Of a DNA stretch of 57,988 nt, positions 39,163 to 52,118 are shown one piece after another. Origin of the DNA: Trypethelium eluteriae (Eukaryota); the NCBI GenBank assembly GCA_051942245.1, contig JAVECL010000082.1, forward strand, positions 1 through 57,988, read 5' to 3'. The position numbers and the translations under genes were made by a program. Numbering within the stretch: position 1 is the stretch's first letter; each line of letters opens with the position of its first letter. The notes beneath the pieces were generated by a model. It ran no database searches and was not told the origin of the DNA. It was given only the letters and a program-made list of their open reading frames with translations.

Positions 39163-42100
39163 ATGGAGGGCAGCTCAAAGGTTACAGGTAAGCCAGCTAC
39201 TTCTCTCCTCAAAGCTCGCCTGTATTTAGAGATCAAGGCATAATACTAATTTTGAAGTCAGTTGAGTATGATGACTCCGACGGTCTTTTCCCTCTTGTCT
39301 CGGAGCAACTCCGAGCGCGGCTCCCTCTCCGTAACCTCAATTGGAAGTCTCCCTCCCGCCCGTTACGATCCATAGATGCTTTACATGTGGAATTAATCCC
39401 CACATATGGACAGCAGAACCATAGCGTAAATCTTACCGTGCCAGGCACTTCAGGTGCAGGAAGCAAGAATGTGGAAGCAAGACAGAATGCTCCTGTAGCT
39501 CTCCCAAGCCCAAGAAGACATCAGATACCTGGTCTTCATCAGACCCCATACCTTCGTATCTACCTACTCCGCTGTGACGACAAAGAAATCTACAAGAGCA
39601 ATGCTCGGAAACAGCTACGAGACTGGGTCAAAGAGCATACGCCGCCTTCACACAGCTTTTCTGCGAGTCAGCAAGAGAACCATGATGCGTTTGAATGGCT
39701 AATCTTGCATGTCATCGTGCCAGATACTGCTGCTGCAAATGAACCGCGCTTTAGTTCGACGACAAGCAACCCCAATGCTACTTCCGACAAATCAAGTAGC
39801 TCATCGAGATGGACCGGAAAAGGCTCCAGTACTATCTACGAGAGACTCAAGACCGATTTCAACGAGTCGGGTAAGAACGCGGCAGACCGAATTGCGCAGG
39901 TGCGATTGTCGAAGACGACAGCACCACCACCTACCATCCCTTCTACCGTCTCTAGCGCGCCATCGTATGAAACGTCACCGCAAGAACAGGAGCAGGCTTG
40001 GGATGATTTCATTATTAAAATGAAAGCTCTCATTCTCATGTCGTTTGATCTTCGTGTTGCTCAGTATGAAGAAGATATCCGAGAGAGAGAAGCACAGCGA
40101 TCCTTGCCTGGCTGGAATTTCTGTACATTCTTTCTACTCAAAGAAGGATTGGCAAGAGGCTTCGAAAGCGTTGGCTTAGTTGATGATGCCCTTGTAGGTT
40201 ATGATGAGCTCTCAGTGGGCCTTGATATGATCATTCGCGATCAGGCATCGGATGCGCCTAACAATCAAGCTGCATCATTCCTGAAATTTACAGAAGACCT
40301 CAATAACCTCGTTCAAACGACAAGTAGTACTCATGAGAAGGAACAGCAAGCAATGCTCAGGCTTTTTGAGCAGCCTCTAAGTCCGGCTGGGAAAGATTAT
40401 CGAGAGCTGATTCTCTCAAACAATATTTCAGTATTTGATTTTGAATGTTATATATTTTCTCGGCAAATGGCTCTCTTGCTCCGTCGAAGCAACATTCGTC
40501 GTCATACTGCCAAGCCTGGTATGGACAAACGCTCTTACTCAGAGCCGCCTATGAGCCAGCGTCTGTCAAGTCAGGCGTCTTCGCCAAGCCTAGCATATCG
40601 AGCGGATGAGACGGAGGACTTAGCCTCATTAGTCGAGCTGTGCGCGCGTGCTCTATCGTTTATACCAGCTGGCGCCAGACTGATGAGAGGGGAGATCAAC
40701 GAAGCGTATGACGCCCCTTGACTGATTCTTTCGCCACGCTAAGCGCAATTGCAGTTCCGCTTCGGGAGGAGGCAAACATTCCCAATCCACCATTGAAAAT
40801 CTCGTCTCATCATGGATATACGCCGCAGCACAGCAAGTATTAAGCGAGAGCGCGACCGCATCATTGCCAGCTTCAGTGTTCCAGGAGGGACCGGACAGTA
40901 ATTCTTCGGGGAAATCGTTCTCCCACGGCAAACAACAGGACCAAAAAGGATTCCCGTCCCGGACGAGTTCACTTCAAAGTCGACGATCCGGCTCAGTCGA
41001 ACCACCATGGGCCAATACCCCAGCAACGTCCCTGACAGTTTTTGATAGCACAGCGTTCGACGGCGGACCCAGATCTGCCAAAGAAAAATCTGCCAAAGAG
41101 AAGAGTGATACCATCTATAATCTTAATCTCGAACAATTAGCCGCGCACAGAGCTGAGCTTTATTTACTGCAGAGACGCATACTAGAACAGACAGGCAGCC
41201 CGTATGGTTGGCAGGTTGGATGGCCTGCGATTTTGCGGGCTCATTCTGATAAAACAGTCCCCCTTTCTGAAGTCGAACTGGATACTGCCAGTGAAGATCA
41301 ATCGATTCGACATAATGAGAACCTAGAAAGCCTTCGTCCACCTTCAGAGAGCGAGGGCCTATGTGTTCAAGCACTCATCACTGCCGTCCAGTCTCTAGAC
41401 GCGTTTCGGGCCTTGTATGTTGTATGTAGCTGTCAAATGCTGCCATATTCAACGAGTCACTGACCGCGACAGTCATTGAGTGAAAGAGCTTCGAAACATT
41501 GCTCCTTTGCGAGACTGCCAAAAATGGCACAACAGGTATTGGGCGACCTTGCTGTCCTCAAATTGTTCGTATTCCTGTCCTTGGTGCGTACACTGCAGAT
41601 AAGCTGATGACGGAAACAGCGAAACTGGCGATTATGCAATGGCCGCAGCTTATTTTCAGCGTATCACTCCGCTTTATGCTGAAGATGGATGGAGCCTGAT
41701 CGAGGTAACCATGCTGAAGACGTATGCGCAATGCCTCAAGATACTCCATCGAAGGGACGAATATGCACGAGTCCTCCTCAATCTCCTAGCTAAAGCAGCG
41801 GCAATGGAGAAATCGCGTTCGAAAAGCCAGCGCAAGCAAGTATACAGTTCTCCAGAAGAAGCATCGAATTGGTTGGACGACGAAAAAAGTAATGTCGTTG
41901 GGCAGATGACAGAACTAATAAAATTTTCGTCAGACTTGCCTTACAAGATCACTGTGTCAATGACGAAGTACTTCGACGCAGTACGTGTGGACCCCACTGT
42001 ACACCACTTCCATGATCAAGACGGATTCGAGATGCAAATCAAGTTTCGCTATTTATTTGAAGATGATTTGGAAGCCGATACTGTCAAGTTGAGGCTCGTT

Positions 42101-44064
42101 AGCACCGCTGCCGGACAAATGAGAGAGTTGTGGCTTCAAGGAAACCCTTCTGTCCGGATAAAGAAAGGAGAGCAGTTACTTTGGCTTGGCACAAACGTAT
42201 GTCGGCTCGAGTCCAGATTGGAACCACGCTAATCATGCCCAGGTCTCCACGCCCGGCCATTTCAATCTCGAGAGACTCGTTATCGAAGCCAAAAAAGTGG
42301 TCTTCATTCATGAATTCGCACCCAAGCCAGCAGCTTCCACAACTCTTAATCTCACTACATCAAGTGCACAGTTGTCCGCAACCTCTATCAACGCCCCGCG
42401 CGTCCTTTGTTATCCTCGTTCTGGAGCTTTGGATGTAACTGTTGCTTTGGGTCGTTTTATCTACATTGACAAGACTAGAACGATTGAAGTGACCATTCAT
42501 ACTGCAGATAATCAGATAAGTTCTCTAGAAGTACGCCTCCGGGCGGGATCAGCAGGATTGAGACTACACACGAACAAAGCCAAGGCCATCAAAGGTGATG
42601 TCGATATTCAGGACAAATCAAACATAGGCACCATCAAGTTCGCAGATATACCTGTCAACTCAACCCTGGCGATTCAGGTCCCATACGACGTTGAGACGAC
42701 CCTGCGGGAAATCAGCATACGACCGGAAGCGACCTACACGACGGAACGTGGAGAATTTGTTTTCCTTGGCAATGCGACAATATCGGTCGAGCTTCCGCTG
42801 GATGTTAATGTCTTTGACGTGTTCAAGGAGCAGGCGCTCTTCTCTAAATTCACTGTCAGAGCTGCGACCCGTATCCCCCTTCAACTCCTCAGTATTGAGC
42901 TTGAGAAATCCAGCCATTTCGTCGTGGCATCGCCCTCACGATCAACACCTCCCTCACTGGTATTTCCCCGGGGCCCAGCCTCTTTTACGTACAAGATTGT
43001 GAAGATTGCCTCGGGGCTCTCTTCTACACCTGAGACACCATTGATTTTGACAATCAAGTACCGCTGCATAGACGAAGATATCCTTGAACGTGTGCAAGAC
43101 CTGTTTAGGACAGAATTGAACACAAGTTCAATAGCAGACTTAGCGCCGATCCTCGTACCGACTTTGCGAACTAGAATGATGTCTGGAGTCCCGGACGCTG
43201 ATTATGAGCGGGCTGCCATGCTCAAAACTGCACGCCTGGGCTCATTTGAAGAGATGGGATGGTCCGAAATCATTGCTGGCTTACCAAAAGCTCGGAGAGA
43301 AGCAGTCAGTTCCTGGCTGCAGAAGTGGCATGATGTGAGTTTCTAGATGGACCATCCACATGCTGATTTAACACTAACTTCCCTATAAGAGATCCACAAT
43401 AGAGCTCAAGACCCCGGTTGATTCCGACTATACGACCTCCCATCCTCCACGCACGATAATCATTGCCGTCGACGTCCCTACAATCCAGGTCCTCCATACA
43501 GCCTCTCTCTCCTTGCCGAATTTATCTTCCCCTAACTCCACCCAGCCACCTCTGGCCGCCGTCGGCCAAGCACTCCGCGCCGACCTGCATATCCGCCACA
43601 CTCGTCACTGGGACCGCAACAACACACTCGCATCCACCGCGAACCTTTCTCACCCATCCGACCCCCTTGACTTCGTCTACGATATCCACGCGAACCCAGA
43701 CATCTGGCTATTGGGTGGTGAGCGTCGGGCGCACTTCTCAGCGCGAGAGGGCGAGACGAAGACGTTCGCGCTGATGCTGATTCCACTCGTGCCTGGGCGC
43801 CACATGTTGCCACGTGTAGAGATTCGAGTGCGTGGTCAGAGGCCGAGAGGGGAGGAGAAGGGTCAGCAACAAGGGTCGGGGAGGGAAGGGGGAAGTAGTG
43901 TGTCGTGTGAGACGGACTATCAGAGTCAGGCGGAGACGGTAATGGTGATTGCGGACGTAAAGGGAACGACTGTAGATTTGCGGGTCTCGGGGCAGGCTGA
44001 GAGTGACGCTGTATTGGTAGGGTCCGAGGAGCGAAGGGGGGAGGCGGGACGGGTGACTGGGTAG
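39163..44064 (+). CDS. TRS130: TRAPP II subunit Trs130 / TRAPPC10 (TMEM1 family), multi-exon
   Basis: MEGSSKVT|VEY..RLPLRNLNWKSPSRPLRSI..RRHQIPGL..SLPGWNFCTFFLLKEGLARGFESVG..YAEDGWSLIE..WLLGGERRAHF..LIPLVPGRHMLPRV. The exons correspond to ORFs 39252, 40864, 41639, 42186 and 43513. Confidence 0.92.
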
Positions 44065-46882
44065 ATATGCAGGATTGGAAAGGAGAGTCTGCTTATGTTA
44101 AGGTAGACTAGAAACCCCCACTTGGGTAACGGAACCAGTCCCTACCACGCAAGTCTGACCTGAATGCGAGCATGAGTCGGAATAAGGATAGAAAGTCATG
44201 GGCACTCGATTCGGACTATCCAACAGGGGGTGGTGATCGTGACATGCAGGTAGAGTTAGCTGGTCAACAGCAGCTAGTGAATAGTTGTACCTCAGCGAGA
44301 AGATTTACATTTCATTACTTCCACACTTCCCTTTGCTACTGAGACCGAGACTAGATTAGACTAGATTGGACTGAAGGTAGAGATCAGCGATGAGCTTTCG
44401 ATACTTGGTCAACCCATGTGGCGCTATGACTTAGAAAGTGATGACCTATTTTTTCACTGCACAACAACCTGGAGGTTTTCTTTCATGATGCTATTTTTGC
44501 CTATTTGCGACATTGTGATCTTGGAATAGCTATCGCTACTACGATTTCTGCTACGACAAAGCAACAACACAGATACCCATACGATTCTCCTAGTAGGTAT
44601 CGAGGGATCTGACACTGAAGATATCAAAGGATGTCAAGGGAAAATTGGGGTAGTCCTTAAATCCCTTTCCGAGCTACGTAGATCCTACTTGACTTATTTG
44701 CTTATGCTAATTATGTGATATCACCGAGAAATTGACGACTGCATATGTTGAGCAGCTCCGTCCAATCGATCGCTGAGCGATGCCGCAGAACTAGGTCTAG
44801 AAGGACATGAGCTTCAGGATGTTGATGGATGAATAATATCTCGTCTTGTATCGCGACGTGCAGCACCGACTTCTGCGTAGCTATCGGAATTAGAGACGAT
44901 TGCATCTTCAGGAAATTGCCTCCGTTCACCGAATGAAGGGAATAGGGACAGAAAGCAAACGGATCTCGATGGATGTGTCGATTATTGACAGGCATTGATG
45001 CAGGACCCTTGCCTGCTATTTATCAGAGACGAGAACTTCATGGTCTGCAAAGAGCCTATCCAGCTATGGCCAAGCCAGCTGCGAAAGGGTTTGGACAGGG
45101 CAATCCTGAGGTACCGTAGTGAGATTTTCGTCAACTATAGGCTCTCGGGAAAGACCGGGAATTTGTCCGGGAGGCCGAGATGTGCCTAATGTGACCTTAT
45201 GGTGCTTATCTTCCATCCTTCGACCCTGAGGAGGGTTAAGTAGACGAGGGCAAATAGCCGGGGTCCAGCGGAAGTATTGCCCAATACCGCGATCCGGGCT
45301 GTCGATCGAATCGAGAATCTGGAGAATGCCTGTCGACAGGGTTTCGGGTGCAAGGACGTTGGCCATCTGCAAGTACGTATCCAATGTCGTACGAAAACGG
45401 CCGACCCCCACCCAGTGCGCCCTTGCTCAATGCTGTCGCGATCTGCGTGCTTTCCAGGTACCAAAGCGACACAATGCACGCTCGCGCAGTCTCGAGCAGA
45501 AGGCTCTTATCTGCATCAGCATCGATCTCGAAATGCCTCGCAGTATGCCATTGGTCACCAGCTCGGCTGCGGCTTGCACACACCAAAGCACGAAACGGCC
45601 GGCAGAGGACTCTTGAATCTGAAGGAGTCAGGTGGTAATAATGGGAGCACGAGCAAATGTTCAAAGTTCCTCGCCGCATATCCATAGACACACCGCCCAG
45701 TAATTAAAGATAACCTCGATCAGTGCAGTGTCGCGACTGCTCACAGCGGCGAATGATACCACTCGATTTGCCAACCCAGGGATTTTGATAGCAACAGATT
45801 AACAAGCAGGACGTGCAATGCATCCAGGATGGCGAGGCTATCACCAACCTTTCTGCATAAGAGTCGGAATCAATATCCCACTTGAATGCAGCTAGCCATG
45901 GTTCGATACTGTTCAGCCACCAACTACGCGGTACAGTCTTGAGGTACCGGGACTTTAAGGATCATTTGGGTCCTCCAAATGCTCCGGCCCGTAGCGCTGT
46001 GGAACGCACGAACCAAATTATCGAAGAAGTTTGATATGTGGGTAGCTTTTGTGGCAAGATAACAACAGACTGGCGTTTTTGACGAGGCCTGTGTCTGGGT
46101 AGGACCTTGCCTGCGCGTACAGGTACATGGCAAACTCAAGTCAGAGCACCGAGCCTGGTTTTCCTGATTTCGCGGCCAGCCAAACATGGAGTTTTCCTAT
46201 CAAGGAGCACGCAATTGCTAGGGTCTAATTTACCTCTACGGAGTACTCTACACCGGGAGAGGGAATGACGAGCATCCGAGGGAGAGGGAAGTGCCGCCTG
46301 CCAGGTGGCCAATTTGGTCGAACGCATTATTTCGTAATTCGCAATATTTCGTAAGACGCATCACAATTTCGTCAAAGTGAATGCGGCTGCACGAGGGAAG
46401 GCAAAACGATCTGGTCTGGTCTGGTCTAGGAGGGAAAGGCGAAGGGGTGTTCTGCCGCGAATCAACGTCAGGCACGGATAGAGTTTAGCGCTTCTCCGCT
46501 CCAGTACTCCACCACGGCCACGCCACGGCCACGGCCACTCCCAGTAGGTGAGTTAGGTAGTTCCCCTCCGCGCCCACTTCGACCTCGACTGCTCCTCCTG
46601 TTCACGTCTCCACCCACCACCATCCAGGCATCCAGGGACCTTTCCTTCGCTGGGTATTCGTACCCACTTCCGCCATGCTTCCCTTCTCCCCCTGAGCACG
46701 AAGCAGGCTTCTTGCTTCCCCTGCTGTTCGGCCTTGTGCAAGCTCGCCCAGATCAGGTGCAAGTGATTCGAGACTCAAATACGATTTCTGCAGACTGTGC
46801 TTCCCCCTCGGTGGCCTAGGTCCCTGACCGAGCACCTGGGCTCAGTCCTGGTTCCTTCGATTCGCGCACGCCGGATCCAGCC

Positions 46883-49800
46883 ATGGCATCCGACTGGAAT
46901 CAAAACGATGGCGATCTCGACGCTTTCGAGTCCATCCTGTCCGAAAATCCTACGTTTGATGATCAAAATTTCAACGATGAGCTATTGGATCTCGTCTCAC
47001 AGACGACAGAGCTGAGCCCCGAGCCACTTGCAACCTCAGCCACCCAACCTTCTCATCCGGACCAGGCGAGTAGATTACCGTCCTCACAAAATATTCAACC
47101 ACATTCGACCGTCTCTTCTCAGTCGCCGGAGAGCTCCGCTCACGACTCGTCCTCGGACTCGTCCGGGCATCGGAAGCGAAAAACGTCTTCAACGTCTTCG
47201 CCGACCTTCTGGCCAAATATGAGCAGCCACATGAACAGTCTAAAAGTCAGCGATCGGAGGCAAGAGCAAGGCATGTCGATGTCGCAGACTCCAAAGGGCA
47301 TCATGGACCAGAACTTCGGTCCGAGTCCATCGGCGTCCTTTCCGTTGACTAATAATATGGACTATAGTGATAAGTCTATGGCTGGATTCTTTGATATCGA
47401 TAGTGCTGCAGCTAGCCCAGGGGCATTCGGAACTACAAATGACATGGGAAACGTGATTGGTTCGGACTCGGCCATGGTTCCCCCAGATACCAAGAAACGA
47501 AGGTCAGGCTTGCCACAAAAGGTGTGTATCTGGGGTGCTTCATTCGCCGCACTTTCCGTCTTATGCTCACCAAGTACCAGTCCCCAATGACCAACAACCC
47601 GAGCACCTTCTTCCTAGAATCTCGCGACCAATCGCCTCTCGAGGGTACTATGGGAATGAATCGAAGCGTGGCGGCGACTATGATGTTCAACCCTGGCCAA
47701 ACTCCTCCGGACCAATACAACCTCGAATCGACATGGCCTGGTCCGCCAAATAATCTATGGAATTCAAACAACTATGGTCTAGAGCCCATGAATTTCAGTC
47801 CATCGCCGGTCGTGAATAATCCATCGTTACAGCAAGCGGACCCTACGCAGGAAACTAATCCCATCGCACCACAGCTATATATTGACCCGACGACACGAAA
47901 GTCTCGCGTCGAAACTCAGATTCCCATTAAGCTAACCCTTTCGCCATTGCCTGAAGGTATCACTAAGCTGCATCTACCAACCCACACGATAGCGAAGCCT
48001 AAGATGCTTGCAAAGGAGGTCAAACGAGCACCCGATACGCTGGAGTTACAGGTGATGCTCGTATGCGCAAGCGCCATGAAGAATGAAATCGCCAAACAAA
48101 GGGCATTTCGCATAGCTGCCGGTATCGAGCAAAGGATCAAGAAGGAGAATCCAAGCTCGAACCGATCATCTCCCCAACAAGGTGATGCAGACGATGATCC
48201 AGATAAGCCTCTCAACGGTGGTGAAGTCCGTATCTGCAAAAATTGCATCAACCGGGAAGCAAAGCGGGCAGCGCGAAAGAAAATCAAAAGTCCAGATGAT
48301 GAATCGCAGTGGCGACAATACGAGAATGATCGAGTCGTGGTTTTCAACACTCATGAGTACAAGGATTGGAAACCATGGGAGCCTACAAAGCCTGAGAACA
48401 CCATGGACCCTCCAAGTCAACAGCAACCAATGCCGGAAGGATCCATGATGGTAGAAGTTCCCATGCGTATTGCCTGTTATTGTCGACATCAGGGCGAGAA
48501 GGATGGCTTTCAGTACGTGTTCCTGAAGATTGTAGAAAATATTCAATGCCTAACTTCAGACAGAATCATTTTCACTATTAAAGATTCCAGTGATCGTCTC
48601 ATCGCCCAAAACATTAGCGAGTCGATACTCATAACAGATGATCACAAGACTCAACCTGGTTCGACCATGCCAGACTCTTCTTCTTCCTATGTGAATCTCC
48701 CTAGTGCTGGCTATGTGTCATCGGATCAAGTTAATCAGCTGTCTCGAGGCTACCATTCAACTCCGGACCTTTTGGGGATGCAGCAGCAACAACAACAACC
48801 GCCATCATTCTTGCCTCAGCAGCGATTATATCATTCCTCGAGATTACCGTCGAGGACTACCTCAGCTACCGAGACTCCAAAGAATCTGTCTCGGCCCGCT
48901 TCTCCTGACGGGTCTTCATCGGGTCCGAATAAGAAACGAAAGGGCAGTGGGCCTAGCTCAAATCGATATTCTGGATTGATGATGACTCCCATGACGATCA
49001 ACACTGCGCATCAAGCTCCACCCACTTCAATGCCAAATTCAGCAGGGCCGATAAGCGCCACCACTCCGAGTCAATTTTCCAGCTTTTCTCCGCAGCGATT
49101 TACGTTTCCGCAGACGACTGAAGGAGCCAGCCTCGACGGCACTTTCTCACAACAGGCAGGATCCTCTTATTTTTCCAACGAACCTTCTTCCTCTCGAATG
49201 AACACCAGAAATGGTAGTTTCAGTAACAGTTTTTATTCCGCGCCGGGCTCTCAAATGCCAAGTCGAGCGTCAAGCCCAGTATCGCACCGTCCCAACCAAA
49301 GTTATCAAAACACACTTGCCCAGCGCGTACACGCAAATTTCAACCCGCCGCCTAGTTCGAGCATTACGAGTCCAACTGACACTACACAACCGCATGCGCC
49401 GCCTATGATTCACAAACTATCTCCGGCCGAAGGTCCGGTTGGTGGTAACACCGAGGTCTCGATATACGGCAGTGGCTTCTACCCTGGATTAGATGTGATG
49501 TTCGGGCCTACTCCAGCGATCTCTACAACATTCTGGGGTGAAAAAGCCCTTCTGTGCGTACTACCGCCAAGCCCGCATCCAGGTCCCGTCAATGTCACAT
49601 TTAGTGGGCTCATGCAAAGCATCTTTCCCTCGCCTCCTTCACAGCCATCTATTTTCACCTACCGGGATGAGAATAAGGAGAAGAGAGATTTACTCGACCT
49701 CTTCAAGAAGATGATAGACCAGGGCGGGGTTACGGACAAGTACATGGAACATATGCAATCATTCATCCCCGGAAGCAGCCCAGCTTATCAAGGAGCTGCT

Positions 49801-51269
49801 CCAGGGTCACATGGTGGCATGCAACATTCTTACAATCGCTCCCATGCGGTGACGGCTGGCGCGATGCTTGGTTCGAGCGATACTGAAGGGGCTATACTAA
49901 AGTTTCTTGAACTTGGGGATAAAGAAATGGGTCGGCTAGCAGATGTGGATCTCAAGCTCAAAGATGGCTCCACGCTACTCTCCACTGCTTGTAGTATGGG
50001 TCACGCGCGCGCAGTAGCAACTTTACTCGCACGTCGTGCTAACCCTGACACGAGAGATGCGAATGGTGTTACTCCGCTCGGCATTGCTGCGATGCGCGGT
50101 CATATCCACATCATTCATCTACTTCTACGGAAAGGGGCTGATCCATCACTAAGGACCCTTCACGGTCATACTGCTGCCGACTTAGCAAGTTCGGAGGAGG
50201 TGCGCTTGGCCCTTGTCCATACCCCTCATCATTCGCGGAATAGCAGTGGACTAAGATCGCTCAAGAGCGGTCGCAGTAGTCCCGACATACGTTCACTTAA
50301 TTCTTTCTACACCACCACGGACGAAAGTGGCTATTCGTCAGAGGAAGAGGCTAAATCTCACAGATCCGGCAAGATGCTGATTCGTTGTCAAAAGGGTGAT
50401 CGTCCCCCATCCCAACCCCATTCTCGTCCACTCTCCAGGCATCAGTCTCGGCGGAACAGTGTGGAAATCGCGCCCACTCTAGGCTCGTCTCCGCCCGCTG
50501 GTTGCGATCAACAAACTTTCAATTCTCCTTACGCGGCCATGATTGCATGGAGGGACAGTTTGAGTGCTCAGATCCAGCATTTTCAGGAAAGCATGCAACG
50601 GAACCTACCCAACTTTCCTAATTGGCAGCTACCGACTCTTCCTCCCATGCCAAATTTACCCGACTATCAAGACCACCCAATGATGCGCCGTATCAGCTCA
50701 CTCGTGCCGAACCGTCATCTACCACAATCGCCGACGTCATCCTCTGACGTATCCTCCTCAGGCAGGACACAGAGGCCTTCAGAAGTACAACATGGCTTTT
50801 GGGATTTCTTCTCTAGTGTATCCCCCCCTCCTGCCTATGAAGACTTGTATCCAGAGTCGCAAGCCCCGCTCTTCCTTAGAGACAAGAAAGGCGCCATGGT
50901 CGAAGCCGTTGCCGAAGCCGCTCTTGATAAGACGTGTGAGCGGAGGTTTGATGGAGGAGCGAATGCCAGCTTGGCGGGCCCAGTTCCTCCTGCCATTGTC
51001 ACCTCAAACTCCTACCGAGACGAGACAACGAACCGTCAAAAAAAACAGCGCCTGAAGGCTGGCCATGCACAGAAGCTGCAGAAGGACAACAGATTGTACT
51101 GTTTCTGGGTAAGTCCACCAGCAGATTCCGTTTGCAACAATTCTGTCACTCGACACGCAAACTGACGGAAACATAGCTGCCTTGCCTTGTAGCTATTCTC
51201 TGTGCGATGATCATGCCCTCACCCTTTCAATCGCTCATCACGAGCGCTTCTTCTCTCTATTTACCCTAA
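46883..51269 (+). CDS. SPT23: Membrane-tethered IPT/TIG-ankyrin transcription factor Spt23/Mga2, 4 exons
   Basis: KSRVETQIPIKL, ICKNCINRExKRAARKK, MRIACYCRH, ILITDDHKT, IPT domain (IHKLSPAEGPVGGNTEV), two ankyrin repeats, Rsp5-type PY motif PPPAY, C-terminal TM RLYCFW|LPCLVAILCAMIM (last exon 51177-51269). Confidence 0.9.
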
Positions 51270-52118
51270 CTCATTCTAATCCACCCTAATTCTTTTCGTA
51301 GAAGGTAGCTGAGCGATAAGGAGAGTATCATGCTGTATTTTATTTACATTCTTCAACTTTGAAAATTAACCAGGCACGTTCGGACAGGACGGTGGGATGG
51401 GTGACATCGGGCGGAACTGTGCGATTTGTGGGTTCTAATGATACCCCTGGCGCTCCAATGGCTCTACTCAGTGTCTCCTGTATGCTTTAGCGGTTCTAGG
51501 GTTAAGGAAGCGGGGGCTGAAAAGTTCAAACGACGATCATGATTTCTAATTCGAGCGCCGTAGATGTTATGGTCGCCATGAAAATGGCTCACCGTGCGCT
51601 CGTACGAGGGTATCAGCAGCACCTGCCCGTGAGTCTTACGAGATAGAGATGAGACTGTAGAAAAGTCAATCATGGAGGTCACGATCAGCCCGAATTATTT
51701 TGCTGGACAGTTTCCAAAGACTGCGTAGAATAAATACTTCGAAGTGTCTTCACCTTTTTCCAGCTCGTTCTGCAGAGCAGTGTAATATGACTGTTGATAC
51801 TTTACCTACACCTCACCTCACCCACGGTAAACTACGTAATCACGTGCTGTTTACGGAGTAAAGTGTTCGATGATGGCCTCCTGAGTCATCGAGGCAAGAG
51901 CTCCCCCAGAAAGGCAAGGTGCGGGCGTCCGAGCTTCTGTTTTCCCGAGCACGGAGTCAAGTGAGGTGACACTGTGAGGTGAGTTAGGTATTAACTACCT
52001 AACCTAAGCCAGAACTTCATCCACCTTCAATCACCTCACCCTCCCTCCACTTCTCTCTTCCGCTTACACATTGGGTCGTCCTCATCTGCGTAGCGCTGAT
52101 GCGCACGATCCCATAGCT

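Noticed and set aside
46546..51990. Identical 14-mer AGGTGAGTTAGGTA upstream of both SPT23 (46546) and the EDC4-like gene (51977)
   Set aside because: A few 14-mer matches are expected by chance in 58 kb, and this one is composed of a splice-donor consensus plus the common TAGGTA motif.
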